The position numbers were made by a program, and so were the translations under genes. The notes under the pieces were generated by a model. It did no database searches. It was given only the letters and a program-made list of their open reading frames with translations, and was not told the DNA's origin. 64,000 bases of DNA from the NCBI GenBank assembly GCA_963674735.2, contig CAXXQS010000001.1, positions 2,368,001 to 2,432,000 on the forward strand, given 5' to 3'. The stretch comes from Myxococcota bacterium (GTDB lineage: Bacteria; Myxococcota_A; SURF-8). Of the stretch, positions 18,600 to 30,700 are shown piece by piece. Numbering within the stretch: position 1 is the stretch's first letter; each line of letters begins with the position of its first letter.

Positions 18600-21503
18600 T
18601 TACCTCTTTTCCAGGGGTTTGTCGAGCACGTCCCGGATGCTTTGAAGCAACACTCTCGTCGAGAAGGGTTTGGAAATGAAGTGGTTGCCTCTTTCCAGAA
18701 CCTTCCGTAAAGCGACAACATTTTCCGTATACCCGGACATGAAAATCACTTTGAGATCGGGTAAAATATCTCGAATTTTTCCGAGCAAGGCCAATCCGTT
18801 CATTCCGGGAAGCACGACATCCGTAAGCAATAAATCGATTTCATCCTTGTGCTCGCGGCAGATCGCCATCGCGGATTCGCCATCGCTGGCAGATAAAACC
18901 GTGTATCCATGAGATTGAAGCACCTTGCTTGTCAAGGTTCGAACGATATTCTCATCTTCAACCAGCATGATCGTCTCATCGCCCGAAGACAACTCGGCCT
19001 CTGTTTTCGAGCTATCGGCTCCCTCCACCTCATCGTAAACCGCCGGAAAATGCGCTTTGAAGATGGATCCCTGCCCAATCGATGATGAAACGGTAATGAA
19101 TCCCTGATTTTGTTTCAAAATACCGTATACCGTCGATAACCCGAGCCCGGTTCCACTCCCCTTTTCCTTGGTCGTGAAAAACGGTTCGAACAAATGCTCG
19201 CAGGTGTTGTCATCCATCCCGCAACCCGTATCCCGAACCAGTAAACGCACATATTCGCCCGGAACGGCATCGCGGTTATGCTCCTGGTTCTCCTCACCAA
19301 TGATGACACGATCGGTTTCAATCACAAGTTTTCCGCCACTTGGCATCGCATCCCGGGCATTGACGGCGAGGTTCACCAGTACCTGTTCCATCTGGCCGGG
19401 ATCGACTTTCACGTGTCCGATTTCTTCGCCGGGCCGGAATGTATAGCTGATATCCTCTCCAATCAAAGGTTTAAGCATACCACCCAGGTCTTTTATCAGG
19501 TCATTGATATCAACCACTTTGGGGTGGATAATTTGTTTGCGCGAAAAAGCCAGCAGTTGGGAAGTCAACGCCGCCGCTCGTTTGGCCGCCTTATGAATTT
19601 CGAGTAAATCCTCGTAGTCTTCGTGATTTTCCGATAAAGACGGCATCAGCATCTCGGAATAGCCGATGATACCCGTTAAAATATTGTTGAAATCGTGGGC
19701 CACTCCACCGGCCAAACGTCCCACCGCTTCCAATCTCTGAGAATGCTCCAACTGGGTCACCAACCGCTTGCGCTCTTCATCCGCCTGAAGGTATTCCGTG
19801 ATATCTTCGGAAATGGAAAGCAAATACTGAGGTAAACCGGTCTTATCGAGAATCGGCAGTTTTTTGGTGTGCAGGACGCGCTCACCTTGACTCGTTGTCA
19901 AAATACGTTCTTCCCGGATATCCACCAGTTGCCGACTGGTCACGATGGCCCGTTCTTCCGCAACCTGTTTTTCCGCTTTTTCCTTGGGATAGATATCGAG
20001 ATCGCTTTTCCCTAAAAACACTTCCCGGTCGTATCCCAGTAAATCCTCTCCCGCTTTGTTGAAGCGGACATAATGGAGTTTTTCCGCATCCTTCACGATG
20101 ATCATGTTGGGAATATTTTCGATGATATCGTTCAGGAAACGCTCGCTTTTATGTAATCCCTCCAACGTCTCCCGCAATCGGGTCGTCATGATATTGAACG
20201 CACGGGCCAGCTGACCGATTTCGTCCCGCGAGTCGATATCGACCGTTTGATTCAAATCGCCATCGATGATGGTTTCGACAAAGGCCTGCATCTCATGAAC
20301 CGGGCGAGCAATCGTTCTGGCAATTAAAACCCCGATGAGCCCGACCAGCAGCGTAATGATGATACCGGTCACAAACATGACACTCATCATGCGGATACGA
20401 CCATCGGAAAGAACGGCGTGGAAGGTTTGCAACTCGTATTCGTAAGCGCTGGCGCCGATAACCCAATCCCAAGGTTCATAGTAGGCCAGTCGCGCAATTT
20501 TCCAGTGCGATTCCGTCTCCCCTATATTTTTCCAAGGATAACGGATCGTCCCCAATTCGCCCGACTTGAGCGAGATCGCTTGATTGATAATGTCGCGAAT
20601 CGTATATCGGCCCCTGTTGTCTTGGACATACCACAGGTCTTCACCGTCTCTCAGGCCGTTCTTTGAAACGATATAATGCCCTCGCTCGGCTCCTTTCCCG
20701 CCTAGAATATACACGTACCCGGTTTTCCCGATTTCCGTTTGCAAAATGGCGGGACGAATACGCGCCTCGATACTCTTTTGCTTGATGCCCACATACAGCA
20801 TACCCACAAGCCGGCCCTGCTTGTCGTGCAGTGGTTCATAGGCGGTGATATACCAGGCATTCACCACCCAGGCGCGGCCGTGATAGTTCTGGCCATCCAA
20901 AATAGTGGCAACCACCGGGTTGGGCTCCCCATCGGGATTGATAGCCGGAATATACGTGCCAATGGCACGCTCGCTCTCCAAACTTTCAACGTTGGTGGCC
21001 ACACGCAGCATATCGCCTTCGTCGTTGATGCGTTGGAAGATGGTGGCCGTTTCTCCCACCAGATTCGTGATTTCATCGATCACCAGAGTTGGTCTATTCA
21101 GATCCCGATTTTGTTCGAGCCACTGCCCCCCCACCATCATCTTCGGCAATTCGACGACCTGGACCTCTTTGGTATATTGATTGATTATCGGCCATTTGAC
21201 CGGTTCCAATGACAGCTCCACCTCACCGGCGTTATCGAAAATGTGCCGCGCCACGTTCAGGTTGTAATCCACCTGTTGCTGAACGGCCTCGTTTTCCGTC
21301 TGCACGAGGTGGTAAACACTGCGGGTGATGTGATCCAGGTCGGCACTAATCAGATCGTTGACTTCGCTCTGGGCAAGCCGATTGTAAAGACCGCTTTCCC
21401 ACGTAGCCAAGATGAGAAGAGCCGCGACCGTTATCAACACGCTAAAAGCACCAAGCAGCGAAACCTTGATGTTTAGCTTAAGATTTCGAATGAATGTCAG
21501 CAT
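18600..21503 (-). CDS. Hybrid histidine kinase (Cache-type sensor, HAMP, PAS, HisKA, HATPase, REC)
   Basis: RVATNV...RAIGTYIP Cache-like sensor; DEIGQLARAFN HAMP; [12 protein letters not shown]; [19 protein letters not shown]; LLLTDVVLPGMNG. Confidence 0.93.
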   Translation of the reverse strand: MLTFIRNLKLNIKVSLLGAFSVLITVAALLILATWESGLYNRLAQSEVNDLISADLDHITRSVYHLVQTENEAVQQQVDYNLNVARHIFDNAGEVELSLEPVKWPIINQYTKEVQVVELPKMMVGGQWLEQNRDLNRPTLVIDEITNLVGETATIFQRINDEGDMLRVATNVESLESERAIGTYIPAINPDGEPNPVVATILDGQNYHGRAWVVNAWYITAYEPLHDKQGRLVGMLYVGIKQKSIEARIRPAILQTEIGKTGYVYILGGKGAERGHYIVSKNGLRDGEDLWYVQDNRGRYTIRDIINQAISLKSGELGTIRYPWKNIGETESHWKIARLAYYEPWDWVIGASAYEYELQTFHAVLSDGRIRMMSVMFVTGIIITLLVGLIGVLIARTIARPVHEMQAFVETIIDGDLNQTVDIDSRDEIGQLARAFNIMTTRLRETLEGLHKSERFLNDIIENIPNMIIVKDAEKLHYVRFNKAGEDLLGYDREVFLGKSDLDIYPKEKAEKQVAEERAIVTSRQLVDIREERILTTSQGERVLHTKKLPILDKTGLPQYLLSISEDITEYLQADEERKRLVTQLEHSQRLEAVGRLAGGVAHDFNNILTGIIGYSEMLMPSLSENHEDYEDLLEIHKAAKRAAALTSQLLAFSRKQIIHPKVVDINDLIKDLGGMLKPLIGEDISYTFRPGEEIGHVKVDPGQMEQVLVNLAVNARDAMPSGGKLVIETDRVIIGEENQEHNRDAVPGEYVRLLVRDTGCGMDDNTCEHLFEPFFTTKEKGSGTGLGLSTVYGILKQNQGFITVSSSIGQGSIFKAHFPAVYDEVEGADSSKTEAELSSGDETIMLVEDENIVRTLTSKVLQSHGYTVLSASDGESAMAICREHKDEIDLLLTDVVLPGMNGLALLGKIRDILPDLKVIFMSGYTENVVALRKVLERGNHFISKPFSTRVLLQSIRDVLDKPLEKR

Positions 21504-21886
21504 TTAGCCTCTGAACTTGTCACGAAACAGCAAGAAAACGAACTGCCGTTTGATCGGTTGAATTCCTGTGCCGGTGGCCATAATCGCAACATTTTTAGAA
21601 ACGCCCCACAATATTAGATCGGGGCAAACGCAAAAATGTTTAGTAAGTATTCATACTATATTTCGCCTTAAGATTCTCGTATATACAGCTAACCCAATCC
21701 CATTTATGCTATTTTTTTCAATTTCGTCTAATTCCGATCGAACAGACCGAGACTTAGTCGACAGCCGGACCAGCTTACTTTGCGATATTATAAGATATTT
21801 CACGTTTCATCCGCATTTTTTCATCGAAATCAGATCTGGATTTGTTCTTTCACGGTCGAGTTATTTTGTCTAAAGAGGCACGAGTT

Positions 21887-24157
21887 CTAGGAATCCAACA
21901 CATCGCGCACTTTCCGGGCCAACATCTGCGGAGTGTAGGGTTTTCCGATAAAGTTGACGTCCTTGTCCAAAACACCGTGATGCGCGATGATATCGTCCGT
22001 ATACCCGGATGTATACAACACTTTCAGATCCCGACGGGTGGCCCTGAGCCGCTCTGCCAACTCGCGTCCGTTCATGTTGGGCATGACGACATCCGTCATC
22101 AACAGGCTGAGGTTTGGAACAATTTCATTAGACATAACGAGGGCTTGAGGACCACCATCCGTTTGGAAGACCGTATAACCTTGACGTGTGAGAATCTTCA
22201 CCGCGATGCTCCGCACCCTCTTTTCATCTTCGACAACCAGCACCGTCTCCGTACCTCTGGGCAAATCGTCCATATCCGCCGTTTGGGTGAACATGTCGGT
22301 TTCTGCCTCAACCGCTGGAAAGAAAACCTCAAAGGTACTTCCACCACCGGGCTCGGAATGAACCTCAATGCTGCCGCCGTTTTGTTTGACCGCTCCGTAG
22401 ACGGTCGCCAACCCCAAGCCGGTGCCTTTGTCGATTGCCTTGGTCGTGAAAAAGGGCTCGAAAATATGGGTGCGTATCGTTTCATCCATGCCGATTCCAT
22501 CATCGGATACGGTCATCACAACATAGTCCCCCGGAACGACATAAGCATGGCTTTTACAGTAATCTTCATCGCAGGTGACATTACGGGTTTGCAATGTCAA
22601 ACGGCCCCCATCCGGCATGGCGTCGCGGGCATTGACGGCCAGGTTGATCAGAATCTGCTCCACCTGTCCCGGATCGACTTTGGTTCGCCTCAGATCCCGG
22701 CATGGGTGGTAAATCAGATCGACATCTTCCCCGATTAGTCGACGCAACATCTTAAACGAATGATCGATCACCTTGTTTAGGTTCAACACCTTGGGAGAAA
22801 TGATCTGTTTACGTGAAAATACAAGGAGTTGACGGGTCAAGGCGGCGGCACTGTCGGCGGCTTTCTCGATCTCTTTGAACGTTTCCCGTTGCGGGTCCCC
22901 GCGCGGAAGATCCATCAAGGCAAGCGAGACATTCCCCGTAATGCCGGTCAGCAGGTTGTTGAAATCGTGGGCCACACCGCCTGCCAGCCGACCGATGGAT
23001 TCCATTTTCTGAGCTTGTTGAAGCTGGACCTGCAGCTTTTCCGTTTCGACCTGAGCCTGCCGCCGTTCACGAATATCGCGGGTCGTTCCCTGCAGGCCGA
23101 TGGGCTTTCCACGATCATCACGAAGAATCTTTCCGGTCACTTCCACCGGAACCGCAATCCCATTGCGGTCCAACACCGCGATTTCGGCATTCCCGAAATT
23201 GATGCTCGTCGTGCCTTTCAAAGCCTTGCCTATCTGTGAGCGGAATAGCTGCAATGTCTCAGGGGCAAAATAATGATCGATGCAACTCCCAACCACTTCT
23301 TCCGGCTTCCAACCGGTTAGATTCTCACAGGCGGGATTGATGTAGGTAAACTTGCCCTGCATGTCCGCCGTCCAGATGACATCCAGAGTATTGTCTGCCA
23401 GAAGACGGTAACCTTCCTCGCTTTTTGCCAAGGCTTTCTCGGATCGTCTGCGTTCATCGATTTCCTCCAGCAACTGGCGGTTGACACTCTCCACTTCATC
23501 CGCTTTATCTTTGATGGAGTCCATCAGCTCTCTTTGCTTGCCGATCGCACTCTTGAGAGCCTGCAATATGGAAACAACCGAAATCGTGGTCAGAATATTG
23601 AGAAGAATGAAGTTGACCACAATCACAACCCATTTTTGAATCGGGTTATCCGCCTCCAATTGCCAGCTTAAAAAGCCGAATTCGAGAAACACGCCAATTC
23701 CGACCAGCACCACCGTATTGACAAACAACGCCAAATACGCACTGCGCTTCCCCAGCAAAACCCCCGTAATAACAGGAAAAGCGAACAACCAGACCGGTCC
23801 GCCGCCAAAGGGGCCGAGTGTAACCAGCAACAGCAGACCGATGAAAAACACGGCCCAGTTCATGATCGTGGCCCGAAGCCGATATCCCAGGCTGTCTTTG
23901 GAATAGAGCAGACAGCCAAGAAAAAAGATCACGATATCTATCACCCCAATCAGATAGCGTTTTTCATAAAAAGAGAGATAAACGCTTGGAATAACAGCAA
24001 ATACTCCGAAAACAAGACTGATCCCGAGAATTTTTTTAATGAAAGCTTCTTGCCAGACAATCAGAATACGATCCCCATCAGCGGAATCCGAAGAAGTCGC
24101 TCTCCTGGGTCGAGTCACCACAGAAAGATGAACATTGGTTTGTTTTTCTGTCCCCAT
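21887..24157 (-). CDS. Membrane-bound PAS hybrid histidine kinase
   Basis: N-terminal TM helices, [42 protein letters not shown]. Confidence 0.93.
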   Translation of the reverse strand: MGTEKQTNVHLSVVTRPRRATSSDSADGDRILIVWQEAFIKKILGISLVFGVFAVIPSVYLSFYEKRYLIGVIDIVIFFLGCLLYSKDSLGYRLRATIMNWAVFFIGLLLLVTLGPFGGGPVWLFAFPVITGVLLGKRSAYLALFVNTVVLVGIGVFLEFGFLSWQLEADNPIQKWVVIVVNFILLNILTTISVVSILQALKSAIGKQRELMDSIKDKADEVESVNRQLLEEIDERRRSEKALAKSEEGYRLLADNTLDVIWTADMQGKFTYINPACENLTGWKPEEVVGSCIDHYFAPETLQLFRSQIGKALKGTTSINFGNAEIAVLDRNGIAVPVEVTGKILRDDRGKPIGLQGTTRDIRERRQAQVETEKLQVQLQQAQKMESIGRLAGGVAHDFNNLLTGITGNVSLALMDLPRGDPQRETFKEIEKAADSAAALTRQLLVFSRKQIISPKVLNLNKVIDHSFKMLRRLIGEDVDLIYHPCRDLRRTKVDPGQVEQILINLAVNARDAMPDGGRLTLQTRNVTCDEDYCKSHAYVVPGDYVVMTVSDDGIGMDETIRTHIFEPFFTTKAIDKGTGLGLATVYGAVKQNGGSIEVHSEPGGGSTFEVFFPAVEAETDMFTQTADMDDLPRGTETVLVVEDEKRVRSIAVKILTRQGYTVFQTDGGPQALVMSNEIVPNLSLLMTDVVMPNMNGRELAERLRATRRDLKVLYTSGYTDDIIAHHGVLDKDVNFIGKPYTPQMLARKVRDVLDS

Positions 24158-24574
24158 GTTGTCATCTCTTAAGGCAAATCTTGAATAACATCACGCTACC
24201 TATCTTCGGATAGAGTGTAAAGATGATTAAAGAATTCTAACTTTATATTGAGAACGGGAAAAAAAAACGAGGAGAGACGAAGATGCCGGAAGTTGACGTG
24301 ACTTATGGCGGGAAAATGGAAAAAGCCCTGGAGCCTCAGCAGCTTCAGGGCCACCCGTTACGGTGACCGTTTACGGAGTTAGAATCCGGGCTGATAGAAT
24401 GGCAAAGACTTGAATGTTATGATCGGAAGTTGGTTAAAGCTGAAGTTCAACCTTATTCTTGTCGGGTAATCCAAGCCCCCTTTCCCATGATTTTACACCA
24501 TAATAATCCTTTGTATTCAATGGGTTATGGATTTCCAGAACTCTTGCATCCAGTAATCCGATATGATTTCAGCA

Positions 24575-24603
24575 TTGACATTCCTGAGATATGGCCGTAT
24601 GTT
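24575..24603 (+). promoter_or_regulatory. Sigma70-like promoter of the czc cluster
   Basis: TTGACA (24575-24580), 17 bp, TATGTT (24598-24603). Confidence 0.55.
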
Positions 24604-24642
24604 GGCAAAAGTAGTGAGACTGACCGCTGAAGGACTTCGATA

Positions 24643-24999
24643 GTGACGGTTTCGGTAGCAAATAGAGGTTTGACGATCTTGATATTGGCCGTTTTCGGCC
24701 TGTCGTCGATATCCGTCTGCATGCACGACTTTTCCGAAGTGGGCACTTACTCGGCAGAATCGTCAACGTCAACTCACGCGGAAGCCGATTTTCTTTCCGC
24801 GACCTGCCCGCATGACGATGGTCATGAGAACCATGCGGATTCGCACACCTGTCCTTGTCTCTGTCACGTACCGGTTTCGTTGGGTCAGGCTTCATTTGCA
24901 GCTTTTCATCACAACCCGGAAACCGTTATTGCCAACCTGTTTTCGACCCTTGCCAATGGCTTCTCGACCCGTCTGGAACGGCCTCCAAGATTTTCCTGA
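24643..24999 (+). CDS. CzcI/DUF2946-like metal-binding leader protein
   Basis: GTG start after AAGGA; hydrophobic N-terminus; His-rich CPHDDGHENH..HTCPCLCH; C-terminal RLERPPRFS; first gene before the CBA efflux genes. Confidence 0.7.
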   Translation: MTVSVANRGLTILILAVFGLSSISVCMHDFSEVGTYSAESSTSTHAEADFLSATCPHDDGHENHADSHTCPCLCHVPVSLGQASFAAFHHNPETVIANLFSTLANGFSTRLERPPRFS

Positions 25000-25090
25000 T
25001 CGCACCGCCCCCTAGGGATACGACCGTCTGAAATCAGATGACAGATGGGCGCAAGTCCGTCTGCCACTACGGTAGCGAAAAGGAATTCGT

Positions 25091-26329
25091 ATGTACAAAC
25101 ATATTGTTACACTGTGCATCGCAGCATTTCTTCTTACTTTTGGTGTTCAAGCGCCCCATGCACAGGAGGCGTCGGTTCTACGTTGGTCGGACATCGAAGC
25201 CGCCATCGATCGGCACCCGACCATGAAAAGGGCCACTGCGCAAACCGATGCCGCACAAGCAGAGATTGGCGTCAGTCGCCAATATCCAAATCCGGAAATC
25301 GGAGCAAGCATCGGCCAGGGACGCGCCAACGACGGTTCCGAAAGCGGGTTGGTCTGGGGAATTGAACTGGAGATACCCATTGATGCACCGGGAGCCTATC
25401 TGAATGAAACAGAGGCTGCCCAGGCCGGTCATCAAGCCGCGAGAGCCGAAGTGCTGGTTCGACGGTTGCAGGTAGAACGCGATCTCAAAACACTGTTCCT
25501 CAGCATCGCCTTCGGTCAGGAGCGCTTGCAACTGAAGGAGGAAAACGTCGCCCGGCTGACAAAGCTGGTCGACATCGCCCGCTTGCGTGTCACACAAGGC
25601 GAGGCGCGTCCGATGGAGGCGACAAGGCTGGAGATCGAGTTGGAGAAGGAAAAACTCGAACGGGCTTCCGTAAAGCGGGAGTTGGATGCACAGCGGGACA
25701 GTTTGAACCTATGGATGGGTGGCAAACTGCCAGCTGAGTATTCGATCTCGTTCGCGTGGAAGGAACTTCCCACTCTGCCTGAACGGAATCATATGTTTGA
25801 GCATACCCAACGAAACCACCCGGAATTGCGTTCCGCTGCTCTACACATCAAAGCAGCCGCAGCACACACCAGAGCCGAACGCCACGAGCTTTTCCCGAAC
25901 ATGAGCATCGGCGGCTTCTACGATCGGGAATTGGACGCTTACAATTACGGCGGCATGCTGAGTATCGAGTTGCCGTTATGGAACTGGAATCGGGGAGGCA
26001 TAGCCAAAGCGCGTGCGGAGGAACGCATCGCCCGACATGAGCGTGAGGTGATCGAACGGGAATTGCGCTCCACAACCTTGCTGGCCTACGCAAAAGCTGA
26101 AGAAGCCATTCTACGCGCTCGCAGATTTGCCGATTCCATTCTTCCGAAGGCAAGACAAGCGGCTGAAGAATTTGCTGCCATGTACCGGGTAGGAGAAACC
26201 GGGCTGGTCGATTTACTCGACACTCGCCGAGAACGCAACCAACTTGAAACCGATATGCTCGCCGCCTTCGAAGCGGGCTGGCTGGCTCACCTCGAACTCA
26301 TTACGCTCCTTGGAGGCGACCATGAATAA
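25091..26329 (+). CDS. czcC: Heavy-metal RND efflux outer-membrane factor (TolC family)
   Basis: Signal peptide, QYPNPE, LSIELPLWNWNRG, YRVGETGLVDLLD; operon context. Confidence 0.85.
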   Translation: MYKHIVTLCIAAFLLTFGVQAPHAQEASVLRWSDIEAAIDRHPTMKRATAQTDAAQAEIGVSRQYPNPEIGASIGQGRANDGSESGLVWGIELEIPIDAPGAYLNETEAAQAGHQAARAEVLVRRLQVERDLKTLFLSIAFGQERLQLKEENVARLTKLVDIARLRVTQGEARPMEATRLEIELEKEKLERASVKRELDAQRDSLNLWMGGKLPAEYSISFAWKELPTLPERNHMFEHTQRNHPELRSAALHIKAAAAHTRAERHELFPNMSIGGFYDRELDAYNYGGMLSIELPLWNWNRGGIAKARAEERIARHEREVIERELRSTTLLAYAKAEEAILRARRFADSILPKARQAAEEFAAMYRVGETGLVDLLDTRRERNQLETDMLAAFEAGWLAHLELITLLGGDHE

Positions 26330-27764
26330 GCGACTTGCGCTAGACTTGATTGGGCTTGGATTATTCCTACTGACGATAAGCATGTTCTCAGCCTGTGATC
26401 AACATACCGGAGAGCAGGACGACCATGCAGACCACGAACATGAAGATCGCGATGTCCATGACAAGCATGACGAACAGGCAGGCCACGTGCAAAAGGATTG
26501 CGAACACGACCTCCACAACACTCATGATGAGCACGAAGACGAGCATGAAGATCACGACGAACATGACGCCCACGACCACGGTGCAGGTGAAGATTTGAAC
26601 AAGAGCGTGGAGGAATTGTTCGCGGCTGAATGCGAGCATGATGTCAAAACGCATGCCTGTGACGAGTGCCGCTATGAAGTGGGCGTGGTCAAGGTGGCGC
26701 AGAACTTGATTGAGCAGGGACTGGTCAAGGTGCGCAAGGTCGAGAATCGCAACTTCGACACCGAAATTGCGCTGACCGGCGAGATCGCCTTCGACGAACG
26801 CAAGGTGGTGCACCTCTCACCCAGAGTAAGCGGCATTGTCACCCGCGTGTCGGTCGATCTCGGCCAATCCGTCAAGACTGGGCAAAAACTGGTGGTTCTG
26901 GAAAGCATAGAGTTGGCGGAAGCGCAGGCCGCATACCTGGAAGCTCTAGCCGAAACACAGTTAGCCCAGAAAACGTTTCAGCGGCAACAAACGCTACGAA
27001 AACGGAACATTACCAGCGAACGGGAGTTTCTGGAGACTGAACAATCCTTCGAAGCGGCCAAAATCAGGAGCAACGCCGCCAGACAGAAACTGTTACGCCT
27101 TGGTCTTTCGTCTTCCACCATCAACCGATTGGAACGCGGTGGGTTGTCGGCGGCTACCGGCACATTGACCGTCAGTGCGCCTTTTGCAGGTGAAGTATTG
27201 CAACTGCAAGCGGCGCGAGGCGAGCAGATCGACCCTGGAGCCGAGATGCTGCTTCTTGGCGATACCCGCTCGCTCTGGGTTTGGGTTAACCTGTACGAAT
27301 CGCAGTTGTCCCAGGTGAAACAGGCACTCGACGAAAACGGAATCCCCGTAACCGTGTCGGTGCGCTCCTATCCGAATGAAACATTCAGCGGACGACTGAA
27401 TTTCGTCGGTCGCGTGATGGACGAGCACACCCGAACGGTCAAAGCCCGTGTCGGCATAGACAATTCGGACGGCAAGCTCAAGCCGGGTATGTTCGCAAAG
27501 GTCTCCCTCGGCTTGGATGCAGCGAGAGGCAAGCCCGCCATACCTGAAACGGCGGTGCTTTCCGATGAAGGACGCGATTTCGTCTTCGTCCATCACGAAG
27601 ATGACTATTTCATTCGCCGCCCCGTCACGAAGGGGCGAACGTCCAATGGGTGGGTCGAATTGATCGACGGTGTCGACCCAGGCCGGACGGTTGCCGTTGC
27701 CGGAGTTTTTCTTCTTAAATCCGATGTCCTGCGCTCCAAGATGGGCGAAGGCTGCGCACATTAG
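26322..27764 (+). CDS. czcB: RND periplasmic adaptor with a His-rich N-terminal extension
   Basis: ATG 26322 after GGAGG, overlapping the czcC end; lipobox FSA-C; HLSPRVSG, TRTVKARV, LKPGMFA. Confidence 0.88.
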   Translation: MNKRLALDLIGLGLFLLTISMFSACDQHTGEQDDHADHEHEDRDVHDKHDEQAGHVQKDCEHDLHNTHDEHEDEHEDHDEHDAHDHGAGEDLNKSVEELFAAECEHDVKTHACDECRYEVGVVKVAQNLIEQGLVKVRKVENRNFDTEIALTGEIAFDERKVVHLSPRVSGIVTRVSVDLGQSVKTGQKLVVLESIELAEAQAAYLEALAETQLAQKTFQRQQTLRKRNITSEREFLETEQSFEAAKIRSNAARQKLLRLGLSSSTINRLERGGLSAATGTLTVSAPFAGEVLQLQAARGEQIDPGAEMLLLGDTRSLWVWVNLYESQLSQVKQALDENGIPVTVSVRSYPNETFSGRLNFVGRVMDEHTRTVKARVGIDNSDGKLKPGMFAKVSLGLDAARGKPAIPETAVLSDEGRDFVFVHHEDDYFIRRPVTKGRTSNGWVELIDGVDPGRTVAVAGVFLLKSDVLRSKMGEGCAH

Positions 27765-27772
27765 GAGGCGAC

Positions 27773-30700
27773 ATGATTGAATTCATCATACAGCGTCGTC
27801 TGCTGGTGCTGATCCTGACGGCCCTGGTTATTCTCATCGGTGTCATCTCATGGACACGACTGCCCATCGACGCCTTTCCCGACGCGACCAACCAGCAGGT
27901 GATGATTCTGACGGAAGCACCGGGCCTTGGGCCGCTCGACGTCGAACAGCAGGTCAGCTTTCCCATCGAGACGGTTATGGGTGGGCTACCGTACGTCAAA
28001 CTCGTGCGCTCCATGTCCAAAACCGCACTTTCGCAAGTCGTGGTTATCTTCGAGGATCATGTGGACACCTATTTCGCCCGGCAGTTGGTTTTCGAGCGCC
28101 TGCAGCTGGCGAAAGAGCAACTTCCACCGGGCCTCGATCCTGAGATGGGGCCGATCAGCACCGGCCTTGGCGAGGTATTCCAGTACACACTGGAAAGCGA
28201 AAGCCACAGCTTGACGGAGTTGCGCACCATGCAGGATTGGCTGGTCGCACCTCGCTTGCGAACGATTCCCGGTGTCAACGAGGTCAACAGTTTCGGTGGA
28301 CTCGTGCGTCAAATCGAAGTCCGAGTCGATCCCGACCGGCTTTTGAAGTACGGCTTGACGCTCTCCGAGGTCGTCGAAGCGCTGGAATCAGCCAATGCCA
28401 ATGCGGGCGGCTCCTTTGTCATTCGCGACTGGGAGCAGGAGAATATCCGCAACGTCGGTCTGTTTGGCTCGCCGGATGACGTCCGACACGTTGTGTTGAA
28501 GAGTGAAGGCGGCGCACCGGTAACGATAACGGAAGTCGCCGAGGTGGTTGAAAGCCACATGACCCGGCTGGGCGGCGTCAGTCGTGACGGGAAAGGCGAG
28601 GTTGTGGCGGGCATGGTCATCATGCTCAAGGGAGAAAATGCCCAGGAGGTCGTCGAGCGGGTCAAGGCGGCCATTCCCTCTATCGAACGCGCCCTGCCGA
28701 AGGGGGTCAGCTTCAATGCCTTTTACGACCGCACGGAACTCGTCGCCGCCGTCATCGATACGGTAAGCAGTGCGCTGATGCAGGGTGGCTTGTTCGTCGT
28801 TCTGGTTCTTTTCCTGCTCGTCGGCAACCTGCGAGCGGCCTTGACCGTGGCCTTCAGTTTGCCTATGACGGCGTTGGTGGCCTTCGTTTTCATGGATGCC
28901 GCACAGCTTAGCGCCAACCTGATGACTCTCGGCGGACTTGCCATCGCCATCGGCATGGTGGTGGACGGCTCCATCGTCGTCACGGAAAACGTGACGCGGC
29001 ATCTTCGCGAAAAGAGAAACGACGACCGTCTGACCGTCATCGCGGACGCCGTTCGAGAAGTCGCCCGACCGATTGTCTTTTCCATCCTCATCATCGTGCT
29101 GGTCTTTGTGCCGCTGTTCACGTTGGAAGGCATGGAAGGGAAGATGTTCAAGCCGCTGGCGACCACCATGATCTTCGCCATGCTGGGATCGCTAATCGTC
29201 GCCATAACCGCTGTTCCCGTGTTGATTTCCTTTTTGATGAAAGCGGGTCGCGTTGACCGGGAAACATGGTTGATCCGCCGTCTTCGGAACCGCTACGCCA
29301 AGGCTTTGAACACCGTTATCGACCACCGCAAAATCGTTCTTTCAGTCACGGTGCTGATTTTCCTGGCGACTCTGGCCGTCGTTCCTCGGCTCGGCACCGA
29401 GTTCCTACCGGAGTTGGATGAGGGAGCTATCGCCATCAACGTCGTACGCCTGCCGAACGCCTCGATCGAGGGGTCTGTGATAACCAGTGGATTCATGGAA
29501 AAGGAGTTGCTGACGTTTCCCGAAGTGAAAACGGTGGTGTCGAAAACCGGACGGGCCGAAATCTCCGAAGACCCGATGGGACCGGAGCAGACCGATCTGC
29601 TCATCAAGCTACATCCGGCATCCGAGTGGACAAGCGGACGCGACAAAGCGACGTTGATCGCAGCTATTCAGCAGCGTTTGGAGCGTATTCCCGGTATCCG
29701 TCTGGCCTTCAGCCAACCGATCGCCCTACGTGTGAACGAGTTGATCTCCGGCGTCAAGAGCGATCTGGCCGTCAAGGTGTTCGGCTCGGATATCGACTTG
29801 CTCAAAGAGAAAGCCGACACGGTCGCCTCGGTCTTGCGGGGAATCGAAGGTGCAGAGGATGTCAGCGTCGAGCAGGTGGCGGGTTTCAGCCAACTGGAGA
29901 TCGTCGCCGACCGCAGAGAAATGGCCCGCTTCGGTACTCGCATGGAAGATATTAACGAACTGGTGGAGATGGCCATCGGCGGTGCGATTGTCACCCAACT
30001 GGTCGAAGGTCAAATGCGTTTTGGTGTGAAGGTGCGCTTTCCCAAAGAACGACGCAATAGCATCGAAAGCATTTCAGCGTTGCTCGTTCCGTCCTCAAGC
30101 GGTGCGAGAGTCCCCCTGGGTCGCATCGCCGAGATCAAGCGGATCGAAGGTCCGGCTCAGATCAGCCGGGAAAACAACATGCGCCGAGTCGTTGTCGAAG
30201 CCAACGTGCGCGGGCGCGACCTGGGCAGTTTCGTTGCCGAATCGCAACGGAAACTGACCGCCTTATCCGACTCACTTCCACCGGGCTATTGGATTGATTT
30301 CGGCGGTACCTTCGAGAGCCAGCAGCGCGCCATGAAACGCCTGAGCATTGTGGTGCCGGTCAGCATTCTGTTGATCTTTCTAATGCTGATTTCAGCTCTT
30401 GGCTCTTTGAAAACAGCCGCCATCGTACTGGTCAATCTGCCATTCGCACTCGTCGGCGGGTTACTTGCCATGCTGGCGTTCGGCATCACGCTGAATGTCC
30501 CGGCCACGATTGGCTTCATCGCCCTTTTCGGCGTGGCGGTCCAGAACGGAACCGTGCTGGTCAGTTTCTTTCAGCAATTGCAAAGGGAGGGACTGGCCGT
30601 GCGTGACGCCGTCATTCAGGCGGGGAGTCTACGCTTGCGAGCCCTACTCATGACCGCTGCCACGACCGTACTGGGGTTACTACCCATGCTCTACGCCACC

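Noticed and set aside
24480-24546. Possible IS terminal remnant (CAAGAGTTCTGGAAATCCATAACCCATTGAATAC on the minus strand)
   Set aside because: No partner inverted repeat or transposase fragment found; too weak to call.
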